From a virus, in the IMG/VR virus record IMGVR_UViG_3300036759_000025, positions 1 through 64,000 of that record: 64,000 bases of DNA; one strand, 5' to 3'. A model generated the notes under the pieces. It did no database searches. It worked only from the letters and a program-made list of their open reading frames with translations, and was not told where the DNA came from. This document shows, piece after piece, positions 9,140 through 21,819 of the stretch (positions are counted from its first letter, which is position 1; every line of letters begins with the position of its first letter). Position numbers and translations under genes: made by a program.

Positions 9140-12100
9140 ATGAACGAGGTTGAATATGTTTTGAGAATTATTTTGAGGGCGCGAGATGAACTGGCCGCTG
9201 GGTTGGCGAAGGCGCGTACCCAGCTTCGTGGCTTCAAGACCGACACCGAGTCGATGAACACGGCGCTTGGCAACCTGAACAAGACGCTGAGCACCTTCGA
9301 TGGCCATCTCGGCAACATCGAGAAGAAGATCAACAACTGGCGTGCTGCCCTACGTGATACCAACAAAGACGGTAAAGAGCTATCGAAGACGTTCGATGCT
9401 CTGGGTAAGCAGGCCGAGTCCACTGGTCGCAAGATCAGCACAGCCGGGAAGACGCAGGAACAGCTTCAACAGCAGGCTCGCGCTCTCCGCAAGGAGATGC
9501 TTGGCATCCACCAGGCTCGCAAAGACGAAGCCATCGATGTCGAGTTTGCCTCTAAGAAGTACAAGCAGCTTGCTGATCAACTGAATACGATCGCACTGAG
9601 TATGAGCAGGGCTGCTCGTACGAAGACGCCTGCGAACGAGTGGGCGCGGCAGGCCAGGGAGGCTGCTGAGGAGATCAAGGACGTTGACAAGGAGATGCTG
9701 GAGGATCGCAAGCGGTACGCCGCTGAAGAGAAGCGAATCCTCAATGACATCTCAACTGCTGTCAAGGACTTCTCTGACCGGCGTGCTGCGCAGGAGAAGG
9801 CTTCGGTCGAGATCGCCAAGAGCACGACTGCTGATCGCATCCGGCTTGCCAACGCTGAGCTTGATGCGATGGAGAAGCGGCGGGTTGCGCAGGAGAAGGC
9901 AGCCGACGCGGATGAGAAGAACGCCCAGGCGGCGCTCGCCCGCCAGCAGCAGATCTCTCGTCTGGCTGAGCGGAGCCGTGTCATCGGTGGGCGGCGCAGG
10001 CCCGAAGCTGGCGATGCTGAGGAACTGCGGGCCATCGCCAAGGAATATGACAAGCTAGCTGATTCGGTCAAGGACAACGAGGACGAGTTCCGCCGCTTCG
10101 CCACTGCTGCCAGCCGTGTCCGAGCAGTGATCAAGGACATTGGCGACGATTCTGGCCGCTCACGTCGGGGGATCATCGGGCTCGGTAGCGACTTCAGCAA
10201 GCTTGGCGACAACGTTGCCACGGTTGATAACAAGCTTCGCGGTATTCTTCTGCTCGCGGTTGCGTCGTTCGCTGAGCAGTTGACAACAGCAGTGGCGGGC
10301 CTCGGTGGAGAGTTGGTCGCACTCGCCGGGTCGGCTGCGATGGCGGGTGGAGCCCTGGGTGGCATTTTGGCTGCGGGTGCTGCTCAGGCGCTCCCCGTCA
10401 TTGGCCTGTTGGCAGGGGCGGTGAGTCGTGTCAAGGCGGTCACCGACGCCTTCCAGCAGAGTCAGAAGCTTCAGCAGGCGCAGTTCACCGACCAGGAGAA
10501 GGGCGCACAGAAGGCGATTGACAAGACAAATGCGCTTGCTAGTGCTCAGGATACGGTGACGGCTGCCAACGAGCGCCTGGCTGAATCGCGCAAGGATCTG
10601 ACCAAGGCGCAGAAGGATGGCGTGGATCAGCTTCAAGATCTGATCTTTGCTGAACGTGAGGCCGCACTAGCAGCCAAGGGTGCAGCGCTGAACGTACAGG
10701 AGGCACAGAAGGCGCTCAAGGATGCCATCGCAGGCGGTGCCTCGGCCCTGGAGATCCAGCAGCGCCAGCAGTCGCTTGATGAGGCGAAGCTGCGCCGTGA
10801 TCAGACCCGTGCGGGGGCTCGTCGGGCTCGGGCCGATGTTCGTGAAGCCGGTGGTCAAGTTGGCAATCTGCCTGATGTTCAACAGGCGCAGAAGCAGGTC
10901 AAGGACGCTGAGCGTGCAGTTGCCAGTGCCAGCCGTGGGCTAGACCAGGCACAGGACAAGACGGATCGCCTGGCATCGACCACGATGACGGCTGCTGCCA
11001 ACCTCAACTTCCTGCTCAGTCAGTTGTCACCGGCTGAGCGCAAGCTCTATAACTCCTTCCAGCGCTTCTACACCGACTACCGGCGCATCTTCATCGGTGA
11101 CCACAGGCGTAGTGGCGTCTACGGTGTCATCGTCTCGGCGTTCGCGGATGCGGTTGATGCGGTCGATCGCATCATGCGTCGGCCCAAGGTCATCAGGACT
11201 GTTCAGTCTCTTGCCAATGAGATTGCCAAGCAGTTCCGTAAGGTGACGGCGTTCTTCACTGGCGACGAACTGGATCAATTCATTGAGATCACCAAGGATG
11301 CCAAGGACAATCTTGGTCCGGTCGTTGACATCGTGCTTGATCTGGCCGATGCCTTCACCAACATCGCAGTCGAGGCCAATCCGGCGTTCCAGCAGCTTCT
11401 TGACTACATCGGCCCGATTGTAGACAAGTTCCTTGGTATGACCGAGGACAAGGGGAAGATGGAGGACTTCTTCACCTCTGGTGAGGAGCACCTGGAGACG
11501 TGGCTTGATCTGATCCTGGCGATCATCGATCTGTTCGCTGCGCTCTTCGGTGCATCGGCCGACACTGGCAAGAAGTCGATTGAGGAACTGACTGATCAGG
11601 TCAAGGACTGGACCAAGTGGATCGAGGACAACGGCGACAAGGTTCGTAAGTTCTTCGAGGATGCTCACGATGTTGTCAAGGACATCGCTGGCGTTGTGGG
11701 CGAGCTTGCTACTCAGATCTTCGACACCTTCGATGCTGATCACCTACAAGAGTTTGCCGAGTTCTTCGAGAAGACCCTACTGCCAGCCATTGGCAGTGTC
11801 GTCCGCGCGATGGGCGACATCACCGACAAGATCCTGGAGATCGTCAACTCACCGGTTGGTAGCTTTGCTGCCAAGTGGGGAGTCATCGGACTGATCGTCG
11901 CGCAGATCGCTACGTCTGCGTTCGGTGCCGCCAACTACGTCAAGAACCTGGTTGGTCACTTCAAGGATCTAGCCAAGCTGTTCCCCGGTTTCAACCGGGA
12001 TGGCAAGAAGGCCAAGGATCTGCTCGATGACTTCGACAAGCGGCACGCCGACAGGGAGAAGGAGAAGCAGCGCATCCCGGACCGCGATGCCCGCGAAGCT

Positions 12101-15100
12101 GATCGAGGTGGGGCGGCTCGCCGTGGTGGTGTTCGCGGTGCACTCGGCAGGGTGTTCCCTGGCCTTGCAGGCGGTGCGGCAGCCGGTGCGGGGGCTGAAG
12201 CTGGTGGGGCAGCCGGTGGTGTTGCGGCTGGTATCGGTGCTGCTGGCCTCGCCACGGTGGCGGTAATTGCTGCCATCGTCGTTGGCATTGGCCTGCTGCT
12301 GACCGCGTTCCACAAGTGGGGCGAGATCTGGGATGCCATCAAGAAGGCTGCCAGCGACTTCATGGAGTTCATCCAGCCTGCCTTCCAGGATCTTCAGGAT
12401 GCACTGGATGATCTCGGCATCCACTTCACCGATCTGTCGGACATCGTTGACTACCTGTGGAACAACGTCCTGTCTGGCCTGGCCGACTTCATCACCGATG
12501 TTCTGGTCGGAGTCATCACGGGCCTTGGTGACGTTCTGGCTGGTGTCGTCACCTTCATCGTGGATACGCTCGCTGGAGCGATCGAGATCGTCAAGGGTTT
12601 TGTTGAGATCATCATTGGTATCTTCAAGCTGCTCTTCGGTGATCAGAGCGGCTGGGAGCAGATCAAGAAGGGCCTGGAGGATATTGGCAAGGGCATTGCC
12701 GATATCTTCGAGGGGATCATCAAGGGCATCTGGAAGATCTTCGAGGGCTTCGCTGAAGCGTTCATTGGCATCTTCACGGGTGCCTGGAAGGCGATCAAGA
12801 AGTGGTTCGGCGTTGATTCACCGTCCAAGAAGGCAATCGAGCTTGGTCAAGCCATCCTGGATGGCATCAGAGATGGCCTCAGGGGTCTGCTGCGTATCCT
12901 CACGTGGCCGTTCCGGCACGCCTGGAATCTGATCAAGGACATCTTCCACCTGGACAAGATCGAAGATTTTGGCAAGGATATTGTCAAAGCTCTCGGTCGT
13001 GGCCTGCGTGATGGATTCGATCTGCTCAAGAAGGCTGCGAAGTGGCTGTGGGAGCGCTTCAAGGATGGCTTCGAGGGAGCCAAGAAGTTCGGCACGACGG
13101 TCGTCAATGCAATCATCGATGGCATCAAGACGCTGCCGACGATCCTGTGGGATGCGATCCAGGAGATCGGCGGCAAGATCATCGACGTTGGCAAGGCACT
13201 TGGCGGGTTCTTGTGGAAGGGTGTCAAGTCCGTCGTCGGCGGTATCGGCAGCGTGCTTGGCATTGGTGGTGACGACAAGGAAGAGCCCAAGCGCCCACAG
13301 GCTCCTGCGCGTGCCCGCACAGTCGAGACTTCAGTGCAGGGTCCGGTCCCGTTCGGTGCCAAGGATCTTGATGATGCACGTGAGATGTGGCGTCAGTTCT
13401 GGCGCGATCTGCGTGGGGCCGCACGTCAGGGCGACGACTTCATCCGTGCCCAGTTTAGAGAGATGCGCATCGGCTCTGCTCGCAGCGCCGACAACATGTA
13501 TCGCGACATCCGTGGCAGTCTGGCTGACATCCAGGACTCGTTGAACGTACGCGGAGCCCGGATTCGCACCTCCTGGTCGGACCTATGGGTTGACTTGATG
13601 AAGGTCAGCTACGACGGCCTCTTCTACATCGCGCATCAAACCAACTTGGCACTCAAGGGTCTGGGCGAGAAGACGGTCAACTTCGGCCTCACGCAGCCCA
13701 AGACTGAGAAGAAGCAGCGTGGCGGCATCATCGGTGGCTGGGGCGATGGCGACAAGATCCACGTCATGGCCGAGCCTGGTGAGGGCTTCATCAACAAGCG
13801 TGCTGTCAGAGCGCTTGGTGGTCCGGCTGTCATCGATGCGATCAACAGGCTGTTCCCACGCTTCCAGGAAGGCGGCATCGTTCCGATCCCCGGCCAGCCG
13901 GGTGAGTCGATCAACTCCAGCATCCTAGGCGATGTGATGAAGTTGATCAGGACGTACAAGCTGGTTGTCTATGACGGCTGGGCACCGATGGGCACCCATG
14001 CTCCGAATTCCGACCATCACTGGGGCGGTGCGATCGATGTTGGTCCTGGCCCCACTGGCAGTTGGAACCTGGTTGACAAACTGGCGCACTGGGCTGAGCC
14101 GTCACAGAACAACCCACGTTCGCCGTTCCGCTGGGTCGGCTACGACGGCGATCCGGGGCACGGTCGTGGCAACCACCTCCATCTCTCCTGGCTCAGAGGT
14201 GCGCATCTTGCAGGTGCGCTCGGCATGGTCAGCAAGGTGCTCAGGCCGCTTGTCACTGGACCTGGTGGAGCGCTCAAGGACATCGCTCAAGCATCGCTCG
14301 ACATGGCGCGCAAGGCTGCCAATGCGTTGCTCGACACAGCGATCGGTGCCACATTCGAGCCGGGCGAGGTTCCCAGCAAGGGCGGCGGTAGTCCAGCAGC
14401 TAACATCCAGCTTGGTGCCAAGATCGTCAAGGCGATGTATGGCTGGATCGGCGCTCAGTTCCAGGCACTCAAGACGCTGTGGACGGGCGAGTCTGGCTGG
14501 AACGAGATGGCGTACAACGCTTCGTCTGGTGCGACCGGCATCCCGCAGTCACTTCCTGGCAGCAAGATGGCCAGCGCCGGACCAGACTGGAAGACCAACC
14601 CGGCCACGCAGATCAAGTGGGGCGCTAAGTACATCAAGGACCGCTACGGCGATCCGATCAGCGCGCTGGCTGCGTGGATGTCGCGTAGTCCGCACTGGTA
14701 TGCGGCAGGCGGCGTTGTTCCAGGTGGTGACGGCACTCCAGTTAGCATCGTAGCTCATGCTGGCGAGTGGATTCTGAATAAGTTCCAGCAGAGCAATCTT
14801 GCCAAGATGCTTGGCATGAACCCGTCTGCCCTGCGGGCGATGCTCGGGTTCCACGGTGGCGGGGGTCACTTCCAGGGCGGCGGTGAGATCCGTACACACT
14901 TCGGTCCTACACCTCAGGTCAGTCAGCGCGCTGCTGCCGGTCGAGCGATCGAGCGTGGTCTGGATGCCTACCAGAAGTTGCTCTTCGACGTTGAGCAGAC
15001 GTGGAACAAGATCGGTGAGCAGTCGGCAATCGCGCTGGCCAAGAACAAGCGCCGTGCCGGTAACTACCAGAAGATCATCAAGCAAATTGACAGCATGGTC

Positions 15101-16645
15101 GCTGAGAAGGGGACGCTGGACACTCTGGCGACAGCGATCTCTGATCAGTTTGACAAGATGGGTGTCAGGCTCAAAGCGGCGACGTACAAGATCGCTGGCG
15201 GGATTGTCACCAGACGGCTTGGCAACGTGTCGGTTGCTCAGCGTACGCTGGCCGATATCGTCAGCAACTACAACGACTTGGTGGGTGAGCGCGGCATCAT
15301 CCACGACACGCTTGGCTCGATCAACAAGCAGATTGCCAAGGTGACGAAGGACCCGAAGCTCTCGAAGAATCAACGCAAGACGCTGCTCAACCAGCTTGAC
15401 GGCCAGCGCGTCGATGTGATCAAGCGGCTTGATGAGGTTGATAGCCAGATCGCGGATGCGACTGAGGCGCGCTTCCAGGCCCAGATCGCGGTTCAGCAGG
15501 CGGTCATCGATCGCATCAACCGCGTGGCCGATGTCAAGTCGAAGGCACAGGAGCTTCAGAAGCGACTCGCCGTGGCGATGGGCAAGCCGGTCGATGCGAT
15601 CAACAACCAGATTCTCAGTGACATGGCTCTCCAGGCGAGCCAACTAGAGGACCAGGTTGCTGCTACCAGGGCTGCCGGTGGGACGGAACTCGCCAACCAG
15701 ATTGCCGAACAGGCTGCGGAACTGCGCGCTCAGATCACAGAGCTTACGGCGCAGATGTTCCAAGAGTCGATCGACAATATCAACAAGACTGCACAACGAA
15801 CACTCGGCCACCTTGACCTCTTCCAGCGCATGGCAGATGCGTTGGATGTCGTGGGGCAGAACGTCGGTGTGGGCATCCCGACACTGCCCGGAGTGTTCTC
15901 GCGAGCCGGGATCTTCGCAGCGCGTGGCAGGGCGCTTGAGGAGCAACGTGGCGGGTTGCAGGGCAAGCTCGGTGAAGCTGCGGCGGCTGGCAACCTGCAA
16001 GCGATGGAAGACCTTACCGACCAGATTGCTGAACTGGATGTGTCGATCCAGGAGAACACGAAGGCGGCATTCGACGCCAAGATCTCGGCTTCTCAGGATG
16101 CATTCGACTTCAGCACTACGATGAACGACCTGAATCTTCGTCTGGTCGATGCCAAGGATGCTGTCACTGGCCTGACATCGACCAATGACCGGCTGGCGTT
16201 GCTGAACGAGAAGCAGAGGTTGCTGACCGATCGCAATACCGAGCTACTTGGTCTGCTGGCTGAAGCGACTCCCGGCACGAAGACCTACCAGGATCTTCAG
16301 AAGGCGTTGCTTGAGAACCAGATTGCTGTTGAGGAGAACTCGAAGACGATCCAGGATGTCACTGGCGAGGGTACTGCTCCGCAGTCGTTCTCCTCGCTCG
16401 GCTGGCAATGGTTCGGCAACGCGCTCTTCGGAGGGACTGGTTCGCTCCTTCCCAGGTACAATCTGCCAAGTTCTGTGGCTGGTCTTGGCCCGATGGGTCC
16501 CGGTGGCGCAGGCCCGCTTGGCAACGCTACCAGCCAGAATGGCAATACCTTCATCACAAACGTCGAAGTCAACGAGGCCGGACAACCGATCGATACAACC
16601 AAGCTGGCAGGCGCAGTCGTGTTTGCTCAGTCCACAGCCCAATAG
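9140..16645 (+). CDS. tape measure protein with LAS/M15-type peptidase and lytic-transglycosylase-like domains
   Basis: 2501 aa, with coiled-coil-rich ends and Gly/Ala-rich hydrophobic segments. [12 protein letters not shown] ... GNHLHLSW (about 13967-14191) matches the H..D / HxH zinc sites of LAS peptidases. [22 protein letters not shown] (about 14470-14700) matches a transglycosylase catalytic-Glu context. Confidence 0.85.
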   Translation: MNEVEYVLRIILRARDELAAGLAKARTQLRGFKTDTESMNTALGNLNKTLSTFDGHLGNIEKKINNWRAALRDTNKDGKELSKTFDALGKQAESTGRKISTAGKTQEQLQQQARALRKEMLGIHQARKDEAIDVEFASKKYKQLADQLNTIALSMSRAARTKTPANEWARQAREAAEEIKDVDKEMLEDRKRYAAEEKRILNDISTAVKDFSDRRAAQEKASVEIAKSTTADRIRLANAELDAMEKRRVAQEKAADADEKNAQAALARQQQISRLAERSRVIGGRRRPEAGDAEELRAIAKEYDKLADSVKDNEDEFRRFATAASRVRAVIKDIGDDSGRSRRGIIGLGSDFSKLGDNVATVDNKLRGILLLAVASFAEQLTTAVAGLGGELVALAGSAAMAGGALGGILAAGAAQALPVIGLLAGAVSRVKAVTDAFQQSQKLQQAQFTDQEKGAQKAIDKTNALASAQDTVTAANERLAESRKDLTKAQKDGVDQLQDLIFAEREAALAAKGAALNVQEAQKALKDAIAGGASALEIQQRQQSLDEAKLRRDQTRAGARRARADVREAGGQVGNLPDVQQAQKQVKDAERAVASASRGLDQAQDKTDRLASTTMTAAANLNFLLSQLSPAERKLYNSFQRFYTDYRRIFIGDHRRSGVYGVIVSAFADAVDAVDRIMRRPKVIRTVQSLANEIAKQFRKVTAFFTGDELDQFIEITKDAKDNLGPVVDIVLDLADAFTNIAVEANPAFQQLLDYIGPIVDKFLGMTEDKGKMEDFFTSGEEHLETWLDLILAIIDLFAALFGASADTGKKSIEELTDQVKDWTKWIEDNGDKVRKFFEDAHDVVKDIAGVVGELATQIFDTFDADHLQEFAEFFEKTLLPAIGSVVRAMGDITDKILEIVNSPVGSFAAKWGVIGLIVAQIATSAFGAANYVKNLVGHFKDLAKLFPGFNRDGKKAKDLLDDFDKRHADREKEKQRIPDRDAREADRGGAARRGGVRGALGRVFPGLAGGAAAGAGAEAGGAAGGVAAGIGAAGLATVAVIAAIVVGIGLLLTAFHKWGEIWDAIKKAASDFMEFIQPAFQDLQDALDDLGIHFTDLSDIVDYLWNNVLSGLADFITDVLVGVITGLGDVLAGVVTFIVDTLAGAIEIVKGFVEIIIGIFKLLFGDQSGWEQIKKGLEDIGKGIADIFEGIIKGIWKIFEGFAEAFIGIFTGAWKAIKKWFGVDSPSKKAIELGQAILDGIRDGLRGLLRILTWPFRHAWNLIKDIFHLDKIEDFGKDIVKALGRGLRDGFDLLKKAAKWLWERFKDGFEGAKKFGTTVVNAIIDGIKTLPTILWDAIQEIGGKIIDVGKALGGFLWKGVKSVVGGIGSVLGIGGDDKEEPKRPQAPARARTVETSVQGPVPFGAKDLDDAREMWRQFWRDLRGAARQGDDFIRAQFREMRIGSARSADNMYRDIRGSLADIQDSLNVRGARIRTSWSDLWVDLMKVSYDGLFYIAHQTNLALKGLGEKTVNFGLTQPKTEKKQRGGIIGGWGDGDKIHVMAEPGEGFINKRAVRALGGPAVIDAINRLFPRFQEGGIVPIPGQPGESINSSILGDVMKLIRTYKLVVYDGWAPMGTHAPNSDHHWGGAIDVGPGPTGSWNLVDKLAHWAEPSQNNPRSPFRWVGYDGDPGHGRGNHLHLSWLRGAHLAGALGMVSKVLRPLVTGPGGALKDIAQASLDMARKAANALLDTAIGATFEPGEVPSKGGGSPAANIQLGAKIVKAMYGWIGAQFQALKTLWTGESGWNEMAYNASSGATGIPQSLPGSKMASAGPDWKTNPATQIKWGAKYIKDRYGDPISALAAWMSRSPHWYAAGGVVPGGDGTPVSIVAHAGEWILNKFQQSNLAKMLGMNPSALRAMLGFHGGGGHFQGGGEIRTHFGPTPQVSQRAAAGRAIERGLDAYQKLLFDVEQTWNKIGEQSAIALAKNKRRAGNYQKIIKQIDSMVAEKGTLDTLATAISDQFDKMGVRLKAATYKIAGGIVTRRLGNVSVAQRTLADIVSNYNDLVGERGIIHDTLGSINKQIAKVTKDPKLSKNQRKTLLNQLDGQRVDVIKRLDEVDSQIADATEARFQAQIAVQQAVIDRINRVADVKSKAQELQKRLAVAMGKPVDAINNQILSDMALQASQLEDQVAATRAAGGTELANQIAEQAAELRAQITELTAQMFQESIDNINKTAQRTLGHLDLFQRMADALDVVGQNVGVGIPTLPGVFSRAGIFAARGRALEEQRGGLQGKLGEAAAAGNLQAMEDLTDQIAELDVSIQENTKAAFDAKISASQDAFDFSTTMNDLNLRLVDAKDAVTGLTSTNDRLALLNEKQRLLTDRNTELLGLLAEATPGTKTYQDLQKALLENQIAVEENSKTIQDVTGEGTAPQSFSSLGWQWFGNALFGGTGSLLPRYNLPSSVAGLGPMGPGGAGPLGNATSQNGNTFITNVEVNEAGQPIDTTKLAGAVVFAQSTAQ

Positions 16646-16657
16646 GAGACGACAGCA

Positions 16658-17713
16658 GTGTCAAGAGACTTGTACGAAACCACCGTCGCGTTGCCGGACG
16701 CGACAGGTGTGCTGAAGGCGCTCACGGGGATCAAGGTGACGGTCGTACCCCGTGGCGCTCAGGACGTAGCCAACTCGGCTGTGGACATCTTTGCGAGCGA
16801 TACCGGCGCGACTCGCGGTCCCGATCCGAAGGCTGGCGCGACTGGCACCAACCCGCTTACTACCGGAGCGTCTGGTTCAGTACGCTTCTGGGCTGAGGGA
16901 CCGGCTGAATATGACCTGGTGTTCGAGGACACACAGGCCCCGGCACGGATTGCTGATCGTGTTGGCTGGAATGCTGTTCCGGCCAAGGCTGGATCGTTCC
17001 CAACGTCCATGCTGTCAGGCGACAAGGGCATCACGCTCAAGATGCTGGCCGACGAGGTGTCACGGCAACAGGTGCCAATCGGCTGTGTGATCGAGTGGTG
17101 GCGTCCATCCGGCAGTGCGGTGCCGTATCCGGATGGCTTCGAGCTTGCGGATGCACACGTTGTCAACCAGCACGACTTCCCTGGAGTGAGCGGCGCGATC
17201 ACAACGCCGAACCTCCAGAACGTCTTCATCCTCGGTGCGACGGTCGGCAAGGCCGATGGCGCTGCTGGTGGCTCGGCAGACAACGCAGTTGCCAGTGGTC
17301 CCGGCATCAATGGCAAGGGCGGCAGCAACATCGCCAAGAACCTTGCCCATGGACACGCAGTCCCCGGTGTCGATCATGCCCATGCCGCAGGCAGCCTCTA
17401 CACCGGCAACCATACCCACAACGTGTCGGCCTCGGGTACCACCGGCAATGGTAATCGTGGTATGGCGATGCAGCTTGGCGGATCTGCTGAAGCTGGCACC
17501 TTCCTCGCGCACACCCATCAAGTCACCGTGTACGGTGGTAGCGATACGGCTGGCAACATCGGTGTCTATGGCACGACAGCGCTGGCAGATCGCTCGCTCA
17601 ACACAGCAACCAGCACGACAACCTGGACCGACCCATCGGTGTCCGGGGCGGCAATCGACTTCCGTCCGCAGTATTACGGTCTGCTGCGGCTGATCAAGTG
17701 CAGGAGGGCCTGA
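16658..17713 (+). CDS. tail protein with phage tail-collar-like domain and His/Gly-rich segment
   Basis: 351 aa, GTG start after AGGAG. IGCVIEWWRPSGSAVPYPDGFELADAHVV...TPNLQNVFILGA resembles the tail collar motif (P.GW..cdG...lPdLrgrf..G). Followed by HGHAVPGVDHAHAAGSLYTGNHTHN. Confidence 0.45.
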   Translation: MSRDLYETTVALPDATGVLKALTGIKVTVVPRGAQDVANSAVDIFASDTGATRGPDPKAGATGTNPLTTGASGSVRFWAEGPAEYDLVFEDTQAPARIADRVGWNAVPAKAGSFPTSMLSGDKGITLKMLADEVSRQQVPIGCVIEWWRPSGSAVPYPDGFELADAHVVNQHDFPGVSGAITTPNLQNVFILGATVGKADGAAGGSADNAVASGPGINGKGGSNIAKNLAHGHAVPGVDHAHAAGSLYTGNHTHNVSASGTTGNGNRGMAMQLGGSAEAGTFLAHTHQVTVYGGSDTAGNIGVYGTTALADRSLNTATSTTTWTDPSVSGAAIDFRPQYYGLLRLIKCRRA

Positions 17714-17880
17714 TGACCGAACAGCCACCTGATGAGCGTCCGCCTCTTCCGCCACTTCCGGATCGGCCAGGCAAGCCCGTGCCAGACGCGGTTGAACCTG
17801 ACAACTCGGCTGCTGAAGCTGCCCTGAAGGCACTGGCTGCTGGCAAGCCGCTCCAGGGAGACGAAGGCAAGAAGAAGTAA
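17713..17880 (+). CDS. hypothetical Pro-rich small protein
   Basis: The ATG overlaps the upstream TGA by one base (ctgATGAcc). 55 aa reading MTEQPPDERPPLPPLPDRPGKP... Confidence 0.35.
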   Translation: MTEQPPDERPPLPPLPDRPGKPVPDAVEPDNSAAEAALKALAAGKPLQGDEGKKK

Positions 17881-17883
17881 GCC

Positions 17884-20601
17884 ATGCCCGCTGCCCCAAG
17901 CATCACTTCACTCCAGTCCGTCATCGCCGGACTGGCTTCTGGTTCCAGCAAAGCGCACATCATCGGCACCAGGCACTCGGGACCGACTGGCATCGAGTCG
18001 ATCATCGAGTACCGGAGCCCATGGCCGGTCTACCTGAACGTCGTTGACTGGTATGACACGTTCCTTGTCATCACGATCAATGGCATCGACAGCGCGGATC
18101 TGCGCTCCTCTGCACAACCGAACCCTGGTGAGGATGGCGAGACACCGAACGATCCGCTGTGGGGCGGGCGGACTGTCATCCTGTCAGGTAAGCAGTATGC
18201 GCATACGATCTGGAAGCTGCGTGACATGCAGCAGGGGCTCAGAGCCGCCTTCCTGGACGTGCACACCGAGTACCCGCTGATCTTCCACGCCGCCGACCCG
18301 GCAGATGATCTGATGATCATGTGCAGGCTGGCTGACAAGATCAGCCTGCCGGATCAGCAAACGACGCGCAACGAGTACGTACGCGACTTCCAGATTCCTC
18401 TTCGTGCCAGCAACCCACGCTTCCTCAGTGTTGTGCGCGAGATCAAGTCCGTGCTCACCGTCACTCAGATGACGGCTGACTTCAACGTCAACGTCACGCC
18501 GCCGACGATCGAAGACTTCACACTGGCAGGCGGGCTTTCATCTGGATACGTCGCAGAGGGCGATGGATACACCGTGGATTCAGGCTACCTGGTGCCCAAG
18601 CCGAATTCCACTGGCTCGCTCATGCTGAAGAACGAGGCGGCTGATCCTGACTTCGAGAGGTCAGATCTGACGTATGCAGGACCGGCCTTTTCGATTGCGA
18701 CCGCGAAGACCATGGGCGGCGCGCTTGACAATGGGCCTTACTACGAATATGCGCTTGACATGCGAGGTGGCATCAAGCCCTATGGTGCTGGCTTCGCATT
18801 CAACGCCGCAGCAGGAACCGTTCTCTCGGCGTCGTTCATGGCACGTGTCCCAAGTGGCATTCGTAGTGGCATCATCCAATTCCAGTGGTATCCGCCTGGT
18901 GGCGGGGCCACAATCGATGCCGAGATCCGCGTGTCTGATCCCTTCACGATCACCAGCGAGTGGCAGACCTTCGCCTTCAACAACGTTGTTGTACCGGCCG
19001 ACGCAGGCGGCGCGATCGTTGACTTCAGGGTCACGAACCCGCAAGCCAATGATGTGCTGCATCTTGACAAGAAGATTGCTGTCAAGGCGGCTACGGTCAG
19101 CTACTTTGACCAGCATTCGGAGTTCGCGGACTATCCGAACAACATCTGGATCGGAGAGCGCTACTACTACCAACGCTACACCGCCCCCAGAACGTGGACC
19201 GAGGACCAGCAGACGGTCAAGTTCCTCACGGCGTCTGATGCTCCCTCAGCGGCGATCTGGAATCCTCTGCACCTGGGGATGGCCTACCTCGATGAAGACA
19301 ATCAGATTTACGTTGGCTTCACGATCAGCGACAGCCTTGGGAGCCTTGGAATCTTCAAGCGTCGATTTGGGGTGGAGACGCGCCTGGCGGGTGCCAATCA
19401 GGGCGCTATCACTCTGAACCCGAGCACCAACTACTGGCTGCGTGGCCGTTTGCACGACGGCATTGTGTTCTTTGAGATCTACAACGCCGATCCATGGGCC
19501 AATACGGCGGCAGCAGCAGCGCTCGCACCGTTCAAGACGTATCAGTACACGTTGACACCAGATGAGATCGCCACCTTCCAAGCAGCGCCAACGCACTTGA
19601 CACTAGGTGTCGCTGAGGCAGGCGCGCAGTGGAAGATCGATGAGTGGCGCTACGGCGACATGATCGAGCCAAAGGACTGGAGCTACCTTCAGGGCGACGG
19701 CACGATGGCCATCTCCAACAACAAGCTTTCACCGCTCACGCAGTCACTCAAGGCGCTCTACCCGACCAGTCAGACAAAGGTCGGAGATGCGACGGTGACG
19801 GCAAAGGTCCGCTACGAGACTTCCAACCCTGGTGGTGTGGACCCGCTCATCGGGTTCGTTGTCAAGGGACTTGATAGAGACAACTTCATCTACGCCGTGT
19901 ACTACGGGCGCGGCGCTGGGTCGATCACGACTGCGACACTCGTCTTCAAGAAGTACGAGAGCGGTGTCACGACACAACTCTCCAGCATGGCTGGCCAGGG
20001 TGGCATTCCAGTTGCCACTGACATCTGGATCAGATGTGTTGTGATTGGCAATAACATCAGTCTTTACTACTACACTGGTGATCCTGCGCTGGGCGGCGCT
20101 CAGGATATGAACAAGCAAAGTGGCTTCACGCTGTCCGGGGCTGATGCCATCAAGTATGGGGCAGGGGTCAAGGGATACTACGGGATCGCTCTCCCGACTC
20201 CGATCCCGTACAACATCACCATCGATGACTTCAAGATGGATGTTGCGTCGTATGATGACATCGCCTACCAACTTGTCAACAAGGGCAACTACAAGGCGCA
20301 GACGACGATCGAACTGACCGGTCCGATGACCAACCCACGGGTCACGAACGAGACGAACGGCACCTCGTTCCTGATCAACGGCGCGATCCCCGCAGGCGAG
20401 ACGTGGGTGTTGCAGAACGACGGGCCGATCAAGCGCTTCTACCGCAAGAGCGACGGCGCAAATCGCTTCACGTACCTCGACTCCACCTCGATGTGGATCA
20501 TGCTGGAGCCCAACGGAGTTGTCAACAACATCCGGCTGACGGCATCAGCATTGGTTCCGGGCTGGGATATGCTGGTGCAATATCGCCACACGTACATGTG
20601 A
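17884..20601 (+). CDS. large tail-tip / distal tail protein candidate
   Basis: 905 aa, placed shortly after the TMP. The N-terminal ...YDTFLVITINGIDSADLRS... resembles siphoviral tail-family N-termini. The long beta-rich C-terminal part suggests carbohydrate-binding-like modules. Confidence 0.45.
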   Translation: MPAAPSITSLQSVIAGLASGSSKAHIIGTRHSGPTGIESIIEYRSPWPVYLNVVDWYDTFLVITINGIDSADLRSSAQPNPGEDGETPNDPLWGGRTVILSGKQYAHTIWKLRDMQQGLRAAFLDVHTEYPLIFHAADPADDLMIMCRLADKISLPDQQTTRNEYVRDFQIPLRASNPRFLSVVREIKSVLTVTQMTADFNVNVTPPTIEDFTLAGGLSSGYVAEGDGYTVDSGYLVPKPNSTGSLMLKNEAADPDFERSDLTYAGPAFSIATAKTMGGALDNGPYYEYALDMRGGIKPYGAGFAFNAAAGTVLSASFMARVPSGIRSGIIQFQWYPPGGGATIDAEIRVSDPFTITSEWQTFAFNNVVVPADAGGAIVDFRVTNPQANDVLHLDKKIAVKAATVSYFDQHSEFADYPNNIWIGERYYYQRYTAPRTWTEDQQTVKFLTASDAPSAAIWNPLHLGMAYLDEDNQIYVGFTISDSLGSLGIFKRRFGVETRLAGANQGAITLNPSTNYWLRGRLHDGIVFFEIYNADPWANTAAAAALAPFKTYQYTLTPDEIATFQAAPTHLTLGVAEAGAQWKIDEWRYGDMIEPKDWSYLQGDGTMAISNNKLSPLTQSLKALYPTSQTKVGDATVTAKVRYETSNPGGVDPLIGFVVKGLDRDNFIYAVYYGRGAGSITTATLVFKKYESGVTTQLSSMAGQGGIPVATDIWIRCVVIGNNISLYYYTGDPALGGAQDMNKQSGFTLSGADAIKYGAGVKGYYGIALPTPIPYNITIDDFKMDVASYDDIAYQLVNKGNYKAQTTIELTGPMTNPRVTNETNGTSFLINGAIPAGETWVLQNDGPIKRFYRKSDGANRFTYLDSTSMWIMLEPNGVVNNIRLTASALVPGWDMLVQYRHTYM

Positions 20602-20607
20602 GCCAGC

Positions 20608-21819
20608 ATGACAAAGTGGCGTTACAACCTTCGCAACTCGAAGGATCTCTCGATCATCGGTGAGTTGACCGAGGCTAGTGGCAAGTCGCTTACACTTGCC
20701 CATAACACGCCAGGGTCAGCCAACTGGAACTACCCGATGACCGGGCAGTGGGCGAACCTGATCACTGCGTTCTCGACCTGCATCAGCGCCGAGCGCTACA
20801 ACTGGCGGGCTTCACTGGCGCTCAACCAGGGCGGCACTCCTGGTCAGGTGTGGGACTGGATTTGGTCTGGCTTTGTCATGCCGATTGACGAGGACTGGAC
20901 CAACAACGTGATGAAGGTGTCCTGTGTCGGCTGGGCTCAGCGCTTGGCTATGCGCATGATCCGCCGTGATATCACCTGGACCGGCGTTGATGATGCGAAG
21001 GTTCTCCAGGACTTGCTGGCCGAGATGAACTTGGCTGCTATTCCATACCAGGATGGCTCGACTTATACGGTGCCGACCGTGGCGGGCTCGAATCCAAACA
21101 CGCCTACCTGGATGACATGGGGCGGTGCGCAGCCGAATCAGGGGCCGGGTGGTGCGACAGCCTACATCGCACGTACCGACGCGGCGATCAATGCGCCGAT
21201 CACGATTACCAAGCAGCGTTACCAGATGGTGTTGCCGATGTGGGATGAGTTGGCACAACTGGAGTCGGGGCTCGACTGGTGGGTCGATCCTAAGACCAGG
21301 ACGGTTTACGTCTACCGCAAGAAGTGCACCGTTCGCAACGTGGTTGTTGCCTTCAAGTGGGGTCCCAACAACCTTGGTCTGTTCAGTCGCAACATCGCTG
21401 CCGATCAGAAGGCCAACTGCCACATCACCACCGGCCAGCAAGGCATCGCCCCTGGCATAGCTGATAATGTAGCCGACCAGGCGATCAACGGCTTGATTGA
21501 CGGCCTGACGCAACTCAACGATGTCAACAACACCAACTACCTGGTTGCCAACTCCGGAGCGGAGATTTTGCTGCGCCAGAACGGCAAGATCACGTACGGT
21601 ATCACGCCATTTGCCTACGTGGGTGATATCAACCGGCAACCCAACTCGGTGCCTGAGCCGTTTGTGGACTACGATCCGGTGTGGGACGAACTCAAGCTCA
21701 GCGCGATCAGTCCCAAGCGGGGTAACATCGATCTCCAGACTGTGCGCTGCTACGGCTGCACAATCAACATCGATGAAGAGAATAACGAGCAGCTTGGTCA
21801 GCTTCAGGTAGCGCCATGA
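20608..21819 (+). CDS. tail-associated structural protein (Tal-like candidate)
   Basis: 403 aa. Call rests on position between the distal-tail candidate and the fibre genes. Confidence 0.4.
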   Translation: MTKWRYNLRNSKDLSIIGELTEASGKSLTLAHNTPGSANWNYPMTGQWANLITAFSTCISAERYNWRASLALNQGGTPGQVWDWIWSGFVMPIDEDWTNNVMKVSCVGWAQRLAMRMIRRDITWTGVDDAKVLQDLLAEMNLAAIPYQDGSTYTVPTVAGSNPNTPTWMTWGGAQPNQGPGGATAYIARTDAAINAPITITKQRYQMVLPMWDELAQLESGLDWWVDPKTRTVYVYRKKCTVRNVVVAFKWGPNNLGLFSRNIAADQKANCHITTGQQGIAPGIADNVADQAINGLIDGLTQLNDVNNTNYLVANSGAEILLRQNGKITYGITPFAYVGDINRQPNSVPEPFVDYDPVWDELKLSAISPKRGNIDLQTVRCYGCTINIDEENNEQLGQLQVAP

